The translations under genes and the position numbers were made by a program. Below the pieces are notes generated by a model that saw nothing but the letters and a program-made list of their open reading frames with translations, had not been told where the DNA came from and did no database searches. From Botryllus schlosseri (taxonomy: Eukaryota), in assembly GCA_051294905.1 (NCBI GenBank), contig CM119371.1, positions 21,516,001 to 21,580,000 on the forward strand: DNA of 64,000 bases, read 5' to 3'. Positions 13,097 through 27,299 of the stretch are shown one piece after another. Numbering within the stretch: position 1 is the first letter of the stretch; each line of letters begins with the position of its first letter.

Positions 13097-14455
13097 CAGT
13101 GGTTCCCAACCTTTTTCGACTCATCGCCCGCTTTTGAAGCTCCACTCCGATCATCTCCCCCCAAATATTGGGTACCGAAAAATGGTCATACTAACTGGGA
13201 TCACCGGCGAGTTGACTAATCAAAAAAAAGGTCAACTTTTCGGCTCGACTTCTAAATTACACCTTTACGGCTACATTTTCGTGAGTTGACTAAAAAAAAG
13301 GTCATTTCTCCGACTTGACTCCCATCAGGGCCATAATAGCACTTCGGCAGCCCGCCCCCCCCAAAAAAAACGTTGGTCTTGGGCCTCCATAGGGTGATAA
13401 ACCAAACCCAGGCCCCCCTCATCCAGTGGGCTTTTTGTCGCTACATATCAGCTATACCCTATTTCATGTACTGTTTGGTGAGTCACCATATTTCGCCTAA
13501 ACGCGTGAAGCGCGACAAATTTCTATAATTCATGTTTGAATCGGTCAATATGGTCGGGAATTGCATATATATTGCTATCAATTTTTATCCTCTCTCAGCT
13601 CACGTAATCGTATTTACCGGTACAGCTGAGTGAGGTGTGTTGGAAAAGGTAGGACCTCTAAATAATAACTAAACATCTTGGGGCGGACCCGTTGCTATAT
13701 TGACTTCGTTACATGATGCTATTTCGTGACCTCCTATATCTGCTATGTCAAAAGATATGGAAATCACCAAAATGGGCCAAACTGAAAGACACACATGGTT
13801 TCAAATTGGTATTTCTTTACTGGCAAATATTTATTCCCTGCGGAGATGGCATTAGTTCTGTAGGGATCAGATCGCCAGGACAGGAACATTCGACGCCAGT
13901 CATTAAGGCGCTTATGGACAATTAAAGATATATATATTTGTATATATATATATATCGGAGTTTTAGGTCAGCACAAGGCCATTGCTTTTCGGCCAAGGTC
14001 TTCTCGCTGCTGGTCGAGTCGCATGTTACATGGCCTATAACTTCATATATCTTGGAGCGTCGTGGCGCAGTAATGGCCGACACCGAAGTCTCTATTTCCA
14101 TAAATCATGCGTATTTCTGTTTGGGGACGGGTACCCCAAAATCAAGATATATGATAATATGAAAAAAGTTGGATGAATATCTAAAGAATTACTCTATAAT
14201 TTATGTTAATTCACGAAATATTTTAGGTCCCCTTCGAGTTCGGCCCCCATTTGGGGGTTTGAGGTGCAGCAGTTATGGTCCTGACTCAAATATAGCCGTT
14301 TTAACGCGCCATCGCCTCCCTATCGTCCCCTTCATTGTTTTCGCTCCCTTCGTCCGTTTTCACCCACCCCCCTACCACCCCCTTCGGTATTTTCGCCCCG
14401 CCTAGGCCGCTAAATCGCCCCCTGAGGTCGATATCGCCCACGTTGGGAACCACTG
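13097..14455. mobile_element. hAT (Charlie/Buster-type) MITE with a nested insertion
   Basis: TIR CAGTGGTTCCCAAC / GTTGGGAACCACTG. Perfect TSD TTCTAGAC. Confidence 0.95.
13326..14283. mobile_element. Nested hAT-like element (CAGGGCCATAA TIR)
   Basis: CAGGGCCATAA / TTATGGTCCTG. TSD ACTCCCAT/ACTCAAAT. A right-end copy also lies at ~34100-34333. Confidence 0.8.
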
Positions 14456-15371
14456 TTCTAGACAATAATATACTCTCAAATGATAGCAATAATAGCACAA
14501 TTGTACTGTCGAATTTTATAATGTCGACTTGGGTGTCACATTAAACTGACCCAAAACGAATTGTAGTTGGGATAGTTTTAAAGAGTATGACGAAACACGG
14601 TCAGGTTAACATTGTGACTTAGGTAGGTCCACAGCATGACAGGAACTCCACGCTATCTTACAATTCTGTGCACTACGTCAATACTAGAAAGCACTCGAGA
14701 TTACGGAACCACGTTCTGAGGTATTCACCAAGCCTACCGGCTGGGATCACTTCATTATGCCCCGTGTCCTTCAATATCATTATCGATTTCTTGTATTTCA
14801 GTCTGCATGTCCCTTATTAACAAGTTCTCTAAGCAACTGTAGGTGTCTGATAAAAGACTACACAGAGTCGTTTCTACTTCTTCCTATCTTCTGATTGCAC
14901 CGGGATGATTGCGTTTCGAATTGGTAACGAATTATTACTAAACTGATGCTGCGTTTTAAATTTCTATCATCAGAACCATATATAGTCTTTTAAGTGTCAA
15001 ATTGCTGGACAAGATTTCATGTTTTGGCATTTTGCTATGGGTGTGTACGTATATATAGACAGAAAAGTTGATATGGACCGGCGCTGGGTGAACTTATCGG
15101 CGGTATGGAACCATTTGTGTAGACACAGGCCAAATATGGGTTTGGGATTTAAACTTTTTCTTCGTTACTTCAAATGATTTGATTTTGCTCACGGGCCGTA
15201 GGTTACATGTACGCTAGCTGTTATCGTATGCGACGAATTTCACGTTACCGAAACAGTTGAATGTTATCTTTTGTATTCCCGAAAATGGGGCATGAATCGC
15301 ATCTTCCTTATTCAATTTTGTCGTAATTGAGCGATCTATCCGCAGCCGAAAGTATTCGTATCACTTAAAAT

Positions 15372-15632
15372 CAATGTTCCCTCTAATATTTCACGAGTCT
15401 GCGCGCTCTCACCAACTCACTGCGAGGTCCCCTGTACAAGAGTGCATACCGACTAAATAAGGTCATCACTTTTATTGGACTGCCGAATTATCCACTTTTC
15501 TAGTTAATTTTGTGGTGTTGACTAAAACAAGGCCACCACTTTCGCTTTCTTGGGCGCAGCTGGATCTTTTGTGCGCAGAGACCGTGTCAGCACTGCGCAA
15601 TTGCGCACCTGGGCAGCTTAGAGGGAACAGTG
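15372..15632. mobile_element. hAT MITE (CAATGTTCCCTCTAA family)
   Basis: TIR CAATGTTCCCTCTAA / TTAGAGGGAACAGTG. TSD CTTAAAAT/CTTAAATT. Confidence 0.9.
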
Positions 15633-16779
15633 CTTAAATTATCAAGGACTGACTCTAGCAAGATACAATCGCCGCTAGATGTCTGTATACGGAAACATTT
15701 GATGTCATATTTACAATGCAAACAGATATATCTACCTTCATGTTGTAAATTATATGCGGCCCAGCAAATATCTATCAGTAAATATTGATGTAAATCACTC
15801 ATATATTTCATCGATGTCCAGTAATATTTCTGCGGTAGTCGTGCCTACATTGCGAAATGAGTTCATTTGTTAAACAGCGATATTCATTCCGTTCTAAAAC
15901 ATGATGCTATCGCTGTTCATTGAGATCCATTAATTCTCCGTTTTAAGGATTTTGGGAAGTTCTGGTTGTAATCCATTCCAAACATCATACAGGTCGTGAA
16001 CTTACTAACGTGATAACGGGATGACTTATCCGCTCGTTTGATTATTTCGGGTATACGATATAAATCTTAAAAATTGAACATTTTATTCGTCGTGGATGTT
16101 TCAATAGAAGTACAAAAAAACACGTCGTAGATTTATACCAGTGCTATTAGGTAAATGTTGTTGAATAAATCACTGTAAATGATTTATGTTCAGATTATTC
16201 GTGATTCGCCACTGTCATTTGTGAGAGTACCCACTAATTGACTGATTGTACGTTTCATTGATCCTCCATTGTTACATCAGCAATAAATTGACCACAAACG
16301 GAATGATCACAACTTGCGTTGTCGTCGCAGCAGTTGATCAATCTAATAGCAACCAATGATATGTCTCATTGATAGCAGCGTATCTCAATTTCGTAGACGG
16401 CTAAGTGCTTACATTGCGCACCGCTCGCCTTAACCAACCGTCCTGTGTCATATAAATGGAACGAATATAGTTCATTCGTTTATATTCTAATGGATGTGTA
16501 GATGGGAAGGGAATCGTCACATATCAATTTGTTGTAAGTTCTCGAGGCTTCGTATTCGTTCTAATTTTGGCTGATAATATCAGACTTCAGTATGTAGCTA
16601 TGCAGTTATTTGTTTATTTTATTAGCAGTTCTACATATGCGCTTTTTTGGATGTATTTACCATTATATTCGTGTATTGATTCATTTCAGATTAGTGGCCA
16701 ATTTATTTGTCCTTCACAATGCTAGCAAAATGTAATGATCTTGAATCATCACTCATACTTTGAAAATTCAATTTGAATG

Positions 16780-16908
16780 GAATTGTGACTTGACTTGACT
16801 TGACTCGAGTCCCCTCCTAAAAACGAGAGCCTTGACTTGACTTTAGTCAAAATTTGTAATGACTCGAGATGACTCATGACTCGAAGGTAGTGACCTGTCC
16901 TAACACTG
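16780..16908. mobile_element. Right-end remnant of a hAT MITE with (TGACT)n repeats
   Basis: TGACTTGACTTGACTCGAG arrays ending in GTCCTAACACTG. Confidence 0.6.
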
Positions 16909-17139
16909 TTATTGATCTTGCAATACGGTGGTGGGCACCACTCCACGACGTTATCCGAAATGAGGTCTGAAGTAAACAAAGATTAAGAACCACTGTTTTA
17001 AAGCAATACTGTGCGATATAATTCTTAGATGTGGAGACGTTGCACGACTTGGTATGTAGCAACACGAATCCACCTCTCTGCACCGTTTGACGGGCTCAGT
17101 TTCCAGCTTTTGACAGCCCATCATACAGTATTTATAACT

Positions 17140-17327
17140 GCTTTTTAACTAACTTACTTACTTGCGTACTTGAGTATATTTCAGCGTAGCTATACGTCTA
17201 CTTTTACTTGAAATAATTTTAGGATGCTTTCGAAAGGACTACTTCTGCTCGTACTTGATTAGGTTTTGACGCCATTACTTGTTATTCTACTTGCGTATAG
17301 CTTTCTTTACTACTTTTGCCACCTCTG
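17140..17327. mobile_element. End remnant of a CAGAGGTGG (AGTA-rich) hAT family element
   Basis: TACTT repeats ending in GCCACCTCTG; related to the termini of 43883-45172. Confidence 0.6.
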
Positions 17328-18248
17328 CAGACATATCGTTCGGATCAACATGTTTCTGTGGGTTCTAAGACACGGTGTTTTCACAGTTTTGGTGCTCAGT
17401 AGACATCATCCAGCACATCACGTATATATGATTTGACGTTGCTCACGTTGATACGAAACGTAAATGTTACGGTCGCTATGCTTGATCATACTGTCGTTAT
17501 TACGCCGTTGTTACGGTAAGCTTGAAAGGTCTTGCAGATAATATTTGAACTCGAAAGTAATGTTGTCATGGACTAACTCATGTTACCAAGCGACAATACC
17601 GGCAGCGTTATTTTTATGCGGCAGTTAAGTTTGAATTACCGCTTGGCAGCAGGATGTAATGTTTCACCCTGCAAACAATGTCATTATTTACACCATATAG
17701 AAGAGAGAATGACATCCTGCCACGAAGCGGATTAACTTTATCAAGGAGTTTCTTTCATATACTGAATATATGGAGCCCCATTACCAGAACCTCTTCGCGA
17801 TACCATATCCTGTTGGTTGGCCGTGTGTGTATTTTATCGTTGAGTATAGGAACAAGCCCCTGTTAAATGCAAGGTACAATAACTAGTTGGAAACAGTTAG
17901 TGGAGAAAAACCTATATAGTGCGCTTGGACTGTGTGTTGGGAATCTTTTCGGTCTAAAAGTATCACGTAATCCACATTTATAATAATTTTATTAACCACG
18001 TCCCTTGTAAAAATATATTGCAAACATCGTCGATATATTTCGAGCGAAGCGACGACAAATTTGGAGATTTGATCAATTTTAAGTCAATTTGCAATAGGAA
18101 GTCAGGAATATATGAGCATATAGTTCTGTTATAGAACTACATGTCGCTATGAGAGCTAACATATTGCGCCAACTACAGCGCTACGTCATTTAATCAGCAA
18201 CCCAATAGCGTCACAGAGCTCCCCGTAGCAAGCCATGTGTGTTGCCGG

Positions 18249-18444
18249 CAATATTCCCTCTAAGCTGCCCACGTGCACAATTGCGCAGTGCTGACACGGT
18301 ATCTGCGAACAGAAAATCTAAGCTGCGCACAAAAAAAATCCGAAGTGATGACCTTTGTTTCAGTCGTTACGCACTCTTGTCCAAGGGGCCGCGCAGTGAG
18401 TTGATAGGTGCGCGCAGATTCGTCACAAATTAGAGGGAACATTG
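18249..18444. mobile_element. hAT MITE (CAATGTTCCCTCTAA family), inverted relative to 15372
   Basis: TIR CAATATTCCCTCTAA / TTAGAGGGAACATTG. TSD GTTGCCGG/GTTGCCGC. Confidence 0.9.
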
Positions 18445-18548
18445 GTTGCCGCCCCTTTAAATTCGAAATCATCCCATGGGAGATACTGGAGCATAGGTTA
18501 GGGAACCACCGCTATAGCCGTAACGACTCACAATTTATACCATCCACC

Positions 18549-20979
18549 CAGTGGCGGCTCGTGACAATATCGGGTGGTGGGGCAAGGGCTGCGAGCGACT
18601 TTTATCAACATGACGTCACAATGGCGTTTTCCAACGTAAAAAAGTAACTTTAATATGATGGTCACATGAATTTCCCGACAACAGTGATTTTAACGTAGGT
18701 GCCGCGAGAGGTTTGCCGGTGAGCCGTGACTTGAAGTGTGGTAACAAATGTTTTATTCATTTTTTTTTAATCAAAGGATTATTTTACATAATGTACGTGA
18801 ACTAAGAATCGTCCCTATGCCACGAATCAATTATCAGGTCATCCTTAGTAGCATGCGTTATGATTTCATGGTAGAGTTAGAGATTACGCAAATCGATAGG
18901 CCGTCCGAAAGTGTTTCGTACACGATCCTGGTGTGTTACGACCACTGAGCTCGTGGTTACGAGTTACGACCAGGTGATAGGCAACCAAAGCGGAGGTACC
19001 CGGCGTACGATTGGATCAATGGACTGGACAATTTCTATCATCATCATCATTGGTTTATTAGCAATTTTATCAGTTCAATACACCACAAAAATGCGATACA
19101 ATGACAAGACAGGAATATGTCGAAGCGACAAGGAGTAGTCTTCTAGACCTTTAATTTTCGCTCTAAAGGCAACTGCGTTAACTAGCCTACGTACGGAGCA
19201 AAGATTCAATACGATTCATGTTCGCACTTGACTTGACCAGACTAATTCCAATGACTAGAACTCGAGAGATTGCGTAAGCCTAACTGCAAAGGTCAACGAC
19301 TTCGGACACATACGCAATTGTTATCTCATAGATTGGGCCTGTCATATTGAATCCAGAACAACAATTTGAATGGTCTTTGAAGAACTAAGGACAGCAGCCT
19401 CGGAACTTCGGTCTCGGAACAACATAGTACATTTTGGCCTTGAAACTGGAGATTGTGACGCAACACATACGGCTTACTGTCTGCTGCCAAATCGCTATTG
19501 GAAAATATATTAATCAATAAATACATGAATGAAAGCCGTAAACTTAGCATACTGTTACATGAAATCATCGAGAAGTAGCATTCGCAATCTCATAACCCAT
19601 TCCGGCATGGTACACTGTCAAAATCAATACAAACAGACGAACACCGAACTTTGAGTAAAATAGATCGAGGAATAGGCTGATCGAATGATCAGCTGTTAGC
19701 CGACATCGAAAATGAAATGGCTATCGCATTTAACAGGGGATTGTAAGCAAATGGTTTGAAGGCCACAATTTCACAGTGAAATGCACATTGGCGAACATAA
19801 AATTATGTGAATATTTGAATGCAAACCGAGAATCTTAGTTAGCTGTTTCATGCGATCATCGAGATATACCATTGGAAATATCATCACCGATCTCGTTATG
19901 GAACGCAGACTAGATTAGCACAGACAGACACCGGCTTTTCCGTGAGATCCGCAATGATGTAGGTAGGCTAAGTATCAGATCAGCGCGCATCTCTACCATA
20001 CTCGACCTCGAAAACGAAATAACTGCCTCAATCATTGAGCGTCAACTTTAAGACTTGGCACCGCGTTCGATACTAAAATCAAGACATACCGTGCAAAAGC
20101 TCATGACAGATCTAGGTATGGAACATCGTTAAAATCAATAGAGACCAATAACGGCTTTTGCGTAAATCTGTTAGCGATAAATGAAGAGTCAGCTCTCACT
20201 CGACTTTGGAAACGAAATTACCACCCACATAGTTCAGTGACAAACTTTAAAGTTATTACAGCGGTCGATACGAACATTAAGACTTACTGTGCCAAATATC
20301 ATGACCGATCTCGGTATGGAACATCGTCAAAATCAATGGAGACCAATACCGGCTTTTGAGTAAAATCTGTTTGCTGTACAATGTACATGATAGATCAGCA
20401 CACACTGAACTTCGGAAACGAAATTACCACCCTTATCTTTGAGTAGCAAGCCTGAAACTTGGAGCAGTGCTAAATACTACCTTCACGACATATCGTACCA
20501 AGTTTCAAGAATTATCATGGTGCGAAACACCGTCAAAATCGACATATACCAGCAAAGGTCGAGTCAACGCATATCACGGTAACCGAGTTCAGATATAGAT
20601 ACGATTGTTACATCACACCTTAAGGGCGACAGGCATAGTTGCCCCACTTGCTCGGCCATTTTACGAATAGGAGAGAGTAAATCACCGTTTCTTTATTGTG
20701 CGCGGCTTTGAGAGAATAGATAGTGAAAGCTTGTTATGAGCGCTACCGGGGCAAGCCCCGGCCAGGCATTCACAAAGCGAAAACACAGAAGAGAATTCGA
20801 TTTTCGCAGAGACTTCGCTATGTATGGGCATTTGTTAGCGAAAGCACAAGAATAATGCGGGTTTCGCCGTGATCTCGGTATATACTGATTGCTGTGCGTC
20901 TATAAATGGTTAAATTGTTATTGAACAGAATTTTAGGTGGGGCAATGCCCCAGTTGCCCTATAGGACGAGCCGCCACTG
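18549..20979. mobile_element. 2.4-kb non-autonomous hAT-type element
   Basis: TIR CAGTGGCGGCTCGT / ACGAGCCGCCACTG. Perfect TSD CATCCACC. A related left end lies at 3285. Confidence 0.93.
19600..20560. repeat. Diverged ~200-bp tandem array (about 4-5 units)
   Basis: ATCATGACCGATCTCGGTATGGAACATCGTCAAAATCAAT..ACCGGCTTTTG..GAAACGAAATTACCACCC recurs at ~19880, 20100 and 20300, with partial units at ~19610 and ~20515. Confidence 0.8.
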
Positions 20980-21139
20980 CATCCACCAGTAATATGTATA
21001 CTAATATCCGATACAAAGGGGATGGGAAATTGTTTTCCCGGCAGACCAAATGCGAAGCAGAAGACAAAAGTTTAGACTATATTCTGCGACGTGCAGTTTT
21101 ATTTCTAAATTGAAAGCAGTGAATAACATTAGTAATACA

Positions 21140-21350
21140 TTATTTGAAGTGGATGTGGTAATATTGCGGCATAGCTCTGTCAGCCCTTGCTATGTGTTGA
21201 TTGGTAGAACGGCCCTGCTGTTTTGCCAGTTTCGCTAGCAGGTCCTCCTTAGACGACTGTACGAATATCATTGCCTGATTTTTCTCATAACGCCGACTCC
21301 AATTACAACCATCAACGGATTCCTGCTCCATCCTCGTCATAATGTAAAAG
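21140..21350 (-). pseudogene. Possible degenerate LINE ORF2 C-terminal fragment
   Basis: NQAMIF..SKEDLLAKLAKQQ..NQHIARAD resembles the N..I...I...Q...GH.AR motif downstream of RT in RTE/L2-like LINEs. Confidence 0.3.
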
Positions 21351-22849
21351 ATCAGTTCACGGCTAACTTTGGTAAACAAATATATTGAATGCTCTGAATC
21401 TTTCTGAAATGTCGGCCTTCAACCACACGCTTTCTTGCTTGAAAAAAAAGCATGAGAGTGAAGATGACCGTTAATCACGTGCACTATAGTTGCATTATTT
21501 TACGAATTAGGATTTTGATGTATGAGTTTAAAACAGATACTTTTGAATTGCTAATGTAACAATGGCAACAAAGAAGATTTGAACTTGAATATGAAAACAG
21601 TGACTTGGAACTTTAAATGTTACGGCATACTGTACTACATATGGTTTGTTTTTAACCTGAAATATTCACAGATATAGCCTAGGTTAAGCAATCACGGTAC
21701 ATAAATAAACGGGACTTCAAAGTAAACACATTTTCGATGAAGTTTATACAGCCTATGGTTTTAGTCCACGTATCAATATTAATAAATATATTTTATGGTC
21801 TAAACTCCGATGAAGTCTGAATCGCGACGCCGTCCGCACCACGCTCATGTGTTCTCTACAATATAACCTAGTAATGACATCACAATGTGCCAACGCCCCG
21901 CGATTAATCCAAACAGTTATATATAGGTTGGATTGAATCTTACATAAGAACAATCAATAATACAGTCATTAATTTGATTGCATCATTTTTGGTATTTATT
22001 AGGCTGATCCATGTTCAAACTAAGATACTTATTTCAGTCAAAAGTCCGATAAACGCGCAAGATCGGTCGGTACAATGCAAACTACTTTTATTACTTGCCA
22101 TCAGTCATTGCATATCTAACATGCACAAACTCATCTAGGCCGATCGTAAAACAGGCATTTATTGATTTTACACAAGGTCTGCTTTGTTATCAATAAATCA
22201 CCAGGGGTGGGCCGCATTCCGAAATATCGTGTAACGTCAGAAAAGTTTACTGGTTGATGATCCCGAAATCTATAAATTGGTATGACGCACACTCATAAAT
22301 ACTTCAGAAGTCATGAATCGGGTACAATATGTGACAGAAATGTCATCTATCATGATGCCGCGCTGGCACATTCAGTTGTTCGTTAGATTTCAAGGTGGAC
22401 ACTGGACATACTGGAGTGAGCCCCGATAATATCTTGTTTTTTCCCTGATTCGCGCACTGTTATATTGGACGTTTGTTATGTGCCATTTGATTAGGTCAAT
22501 CGGTTCACTTAATGGCCAGGTTGAATTGCTGGTGGTTTGTTGATTCTAAAGAAATTTTAGGAGCAGCGCATTTACTAGATGAGAGCCAAATACAAATTTA
22601 CAGTGTAATTCGGTTACCGGCAAGTCAGTGAGAGATAACCAAGATATCAATAAATATTCGATGCCAAATAGAAACAACAGGGCCAAATAAGAATGAGGAC
22701 ATAAGGAGATGTTTTCTAAATAGACAATGATAGTAATCGAGTAGAAGTTGGAGTAAGTTTTTATCAATTGTTACCTGAAGTAGCGATTTCCAAGAAATAT
22801 TAAACTAATTCATGAGGAGGTAGAAAATCAAGGATTGGGAATTATTCTA

Positions 22850-22926
22850 GTAGGAACCTTCTAGACTCCGACTCCATTAATAAAAATTAGTCAAACTACG
22901 ACCCCGACTCCGACACCACAGCTCTG
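22850..22926. mobile_element. Right-end remnant of the (GGAGTC)n hAT family
   Basis: GACTCCGACTCC repeats ending in CCACAGCTCTG, complementary to CAGGGCTGTGGAGTCGG at 54776. Confidence 0.6.
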
Positions 22927-23854
22927 CACACAAAGAATGCATTGAAAACTGTCCTGATGCTGTATTTTTAAATACAATTAATCATTCTTTAATATGGGTG
23001 CGTAAAAGTGATGCGCCACTGAGCTTTACGTTGTTTGAATGTGCCACTACACTGCCGACACAAAACAAATCCAGAGTATAGTCTCGCTCAAAGGTGCGAT
23101 TGAGGAAAGTACAATTGTTCCATACTTCACTGTTATTGCCGTTGATAACCGTCAATTCAAATTTCTCTCCTGTATAAAGAGCTTTTGCTTTCTTTGATAA
23201 CACAAGCCATTTGACTGAACAACTAAATTAGAATATTGAAGGGAAAATACCTAGTCAGAAAATGAGTGTTATAATGACTACACATAAAACCGATACGGTA
23301 CGGAGATTCGGTGAAATAACAAATTTGACTCGTTTACTTTGGCACTGGCTTGGCGGTTACTGGCACGTGGTTGGTAGATAGTCGATCGATGAATACTTTT
23401 TTTTTTTCTACAACTTAACAAAATCTAACAGTTCCCATGTGCGGAATGATCTAACATCAGATTTATTCCCAGAGCCACCACGCACAGGGGATAGAAAATG
23501 TCCATCCAATCTATAACTTCACTAACCAGAGAAAAAAACTTGGTTAATGTATATATTGAATTCCATTACAGACGCGACTTGTCCTAAGCTTGTCCAAAAT
23601 AACGAAAATCCAACTTCATAAAAGCGAACGGAAATCTTTTAAGATGGCGCACGGCGATAGAGCGGTATGTGTAGCTAATTATCTGAATGTAGTTTCGGAA
23701 AAGTACTGGGAAATGAACTGGCTTTTTGGAGCTGTTTTTACCTTATGCTAAGTATAAATAACAGATCAAATATTGTGCCCGCTTTTCAATGAATGCTCCT
23801 TATCTCGTGGTCAATGGTCTTGCGACATAAACGACTGTGCATTTATAATTTCAG

Positions 23855-23914
23855 GACAATGTCGAAGGTATAGCATCAGATGTATTTGCTGATTTTAAAG
23901 ATTGTGTGAAAGTG
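23855..23914 (+). CDS. Internal coding exon, 20 aa (DNVEGIASDVFADFKDCVKV)
   Basis: Strong acceptor tttataatttcag and donor gtaagt. 60 nt, phase 0-0, open frame, amphipathic helix. Confidence 0.75.
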
Positions 23915-24235
23915 GTAAGTTACAACCTATTGGCCCTATTAGGCTCGGACTACCTTGAAAATGCGGAAATCAACCATAGGAGATCACGCGAGGGGCGCGG
24001 AACTTCTTTGGAAATATACGCAGCATATATTAGATAGTTATGAGAAAAAATTAATATATCACATATATATTACATTAGGGTGAAATGAAATTAAAGATAT
24101 CGAATACAAAACCTCACATAGTTGAAACAAGGTGATGTGATGAAATACTCTATTAAATACAATAAACATGAGATACAATTCAAGCATGATCCAACTGTCT
24201 ATGAGTAATATAAATTATATTCGTTTGGTTTGAAT

Positions 24236-25248
24236 CAGTGGTTATTATCCCTTTCCTCTAGCGCTCCTTTTCAGGAATTTCCGTGGTCTGGCGAACTCCT
24301 GTCATATTTCATAGATTGTACTAAATACGATGAGCCATAGCTACGGTAATATAATAAAGATAATTTACCATGTTTAAAGCATTATTATAGTCGTAAAACA
24401 CCATGAATACCACAAACAACCGCGAAGTTAATGAGGAAGAGGTCAAAGTTTGGTCGATCTCTTCGGATTTGCAAGTAACTATTTGAAATATTTCGTGCAA
24501 AATCGAGCCATATGAACACTCAACTAATTAACGATCAGATAGTCAAGGTTCCTTTGCGAACCGTGTGAGTCACAGCACCAAACAGTATCATTCTTTATGA
24601 TAAGACGAACAAATATACTTAAAATTACATTATGTCGCTATCAAACACAAGGATATTATGTTTTAATAAAACCCAGAAAGATTCAAACCATGTCTATTGT
24701 ACAAATACGGTAAATAAGGGCCTTGAAGCTGTTAAGATCTTAATTCGACTCTCGAGGATCACTTTCCTGGATTTCGACACGCAGTGTGCTTCAAGGTTCA
24801 AAACATGGTTCGGAATAATTCGTCGAGAATAACCCTCTTAGACAACTTTGTGAAAAAGAACTTTGCAATCTAATAGTATATGTGCAAGGAGCCCATAACC
24901 CACATTTTACAATATATATAATAACCACTGTGCTTGTGGAAACATTTCGCAGAAATCGTCTTTGTATTACGCCCAAAGCGTGACGAAACATTGTGCGATT
25001 TTATAATTTTTTCATAAATTTCCAATTTGCAAGGAGAGCTAAGGTTTTAGAACATCAGTTCCACCATGGGACTATATTTCTTCATGATAATTACTACAAT
25101 ATCTATACTGATATGCATATTCTTAAGCGCCACCCTGCACATCATGTATTTTCTTTAGCGCCCCCTCCACATCACCCCTGAGTGTTTGCGCCCCCTTCAA
25201 AATCCAAATTCCCACCTGGAGTGCTGGAGGCAAGGTTAAAAATCACTT
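24236..25248. mobile_element. hAT element, family A (CAGTGGTT TIR)
   Basis: CAGTGGTTATTA.. / ..GGTTAAAAATCACTT. Homologous to 51013-52230 and, inverted, to 30619-34024. Confidence 0.8.
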
Positions 25249-25843
25249 TTTAAAATCATACGAAATTGGGTTCTTGAAGGCACAGAACTTCAATATACAG
25301 TTGAATAGTAGATTCATACTGAAATGAACTCGAATATTTTCGTCTGGCACTCGTCAGGCGCAATAGTCAGCAACTAGTAGAGATTTGGAAATAACCGTGG
25401 CTGATCAACCCGCTATCACTGAGGTCAAGGTCAATAGTGACGCCAACCGCCCAGAAAAACATTTGAATTATTTTGTAATTAATATACGTTTTTTTTCTTC
25501 TGGCCAGCCATATAACCAGGCTTCCTGCTGTCCCCTATCAATCCCTACCATTCATTACACCAGTGGTTCTTAAACATTTTCCTGAAGTGCCTCTTTCCAG
25601 AAATTGCCTCAGTTTTGTGTCCTGTAAAAATTGTACTTAATACAACTTGTCAAAGGTTGAAGTTCGGTCGGTCGTTTTGGTTTTGGATTCAAATATTTCG
25701 GCGTGTGACCGTGAGCGATGATCACTCGACCAATTCAGGATCAAATGAAGGTCCTCATAACAACCATCGGGCACGGACTGATACTATTGCGTTAGAGCTC
25801 AAATATAAACATTTGGAATCCATCTCTGCGATAGGCTACAGAG

Positions 25844-27112
25844 CAGGGGTGGGCAATTATTTTCCTCCGCTGGCAAAATGAGAAGTCGAAAATACGTTGA
25901 CGGGCCAAGTGAAACATTCTAGCTATATTCTCCGGGGCATTTTAAATTTCTTTCTAAAATTACATTGTTAATAAATGCGGCTCAATGAATGTGTTCATGT
26001 CAGGTAGTAAAAATTGACGATTAATTGAAAAAAAACTATTTGCCGTCATGATTCGAAAGACTGCTAAACATGATACATTTTAACTCTTTTCAAACCCCTA
26101 TCCGAAACTGTGGTTCTCAAATTTCTTTAGGCATGCCTCCTTCTATGATAGTGAATAACTCTGCGTCACCTTTTTATGATATCACAAAATATTAAAAAGA
26201 GCAACCAGAATGCTAGCAATCCCAACGGATAACTTCATGGCATGGAAGGTTATGGCTTTTAAAGTATGAATTCTGAAATATCGCAGTCGGACTATACACA
26301 GTGCAAAAACTGTAAGTGGCGGATAAATCGCGCAGAGAGCTAAAGAATTTTCATTAAACTTCGGCTTCGCGCCCCTCTTCTGAAATGTATACGCAATAGT
26401 ACATAACTTATTTTCTAGATCACTGCCTTCCGAGCCGTGAGCAGCTTCATTAGCCGTGATGTTGAGCGAAGATTATATTTTTCTGAACTTCGTCCTACCT
26501 TGACCTAGTGTTTCGTACTTTTTGTCATAAGACCGACATTAATTAAAATCCTTAATCTCTGTGTCATGTTAGGCTAAAACTGAAAGGACGGGTTTATCCT
26601 TGAGTCCAATAAAATATTTAGTGCTCAGCTTTCTTAAGTCTAAACCTTTATATTCCAGTTTTCGGCATTATTTTTTTGCTATGCCCGTTGATCCTATATG
26701 TGTGATAGATATGATGATTCATATAGCAATCGCGAGCATTGATTGACTTGTGTTACGAATTAGGGATTTGGAAACGTATCACGTAACATTTTCAAACACA
26801 TACCGCATAATGCGTAATTGACAATGACAACAAAGAAGATTTGAACTAAACAATATGAAAAAATTGATTTCTTGGAACTTTAATTGCTAGTCATACTTTG
26901 CCACGTTACCTTTATTTTGAATCTGGATTACGCATGCGAGGTACGTAGGCAACGTAATCGTGGCATATTAATGAACAGGCTTCAAATTACCCGAATTTCC
27001 TGATGTGTTGATGCAGCCTATTGATTTAGTCATTCAAAAAGCAATTCCAAGCAACCTTTCGCGGGCTGCAGAGATAGCTTTTGGCCCCCGGGCCGCACTT
27101 TGCCCAGGTCTG
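25844..27112. mobile_element. hAT (Charlie-type) element absent from the paralogous block
   Basis: CAGGGGTGGGCAA / TTGCCCAGGTCTG. TSD CTACAGAG/CTATAGAG. Empty site at ~52740-52752. An internal part recurs at ~21500-21760. Confidence 0.9.
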
Positions 27113-27299
27113 CTATAGAGGGATGATTATCGTGTACGGTTTTGTTTTATACCTTTGCGAGCGTAGTAAATCACATGAAAATTTAGTAGATGTATCTGCT
27201 CACATTGAATGTAGTTCGGTTAAATATGGGCATACTGCATCCGGTTCTTAACGTATCATGAATATACACTAAACATAGCAACCCATATTATATAACAGG

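Larger units (their letters stand above)
24207..27295. repeat. Duplicated block, copy 1 (paralogue at ~50985-52960)
   Basis: Colinear similarity covering the family A element, its flanks and downstream sequence. Confidence 0.85.

Noticed and set aside
16471..16533. Possible 63-nt exon FIRLYSNGCVDGKGIVTYQFV with a faint FGF-like look
   Set aside because: Good donor but purine-rich weak acceptor, and no following exon continues an FGF core.
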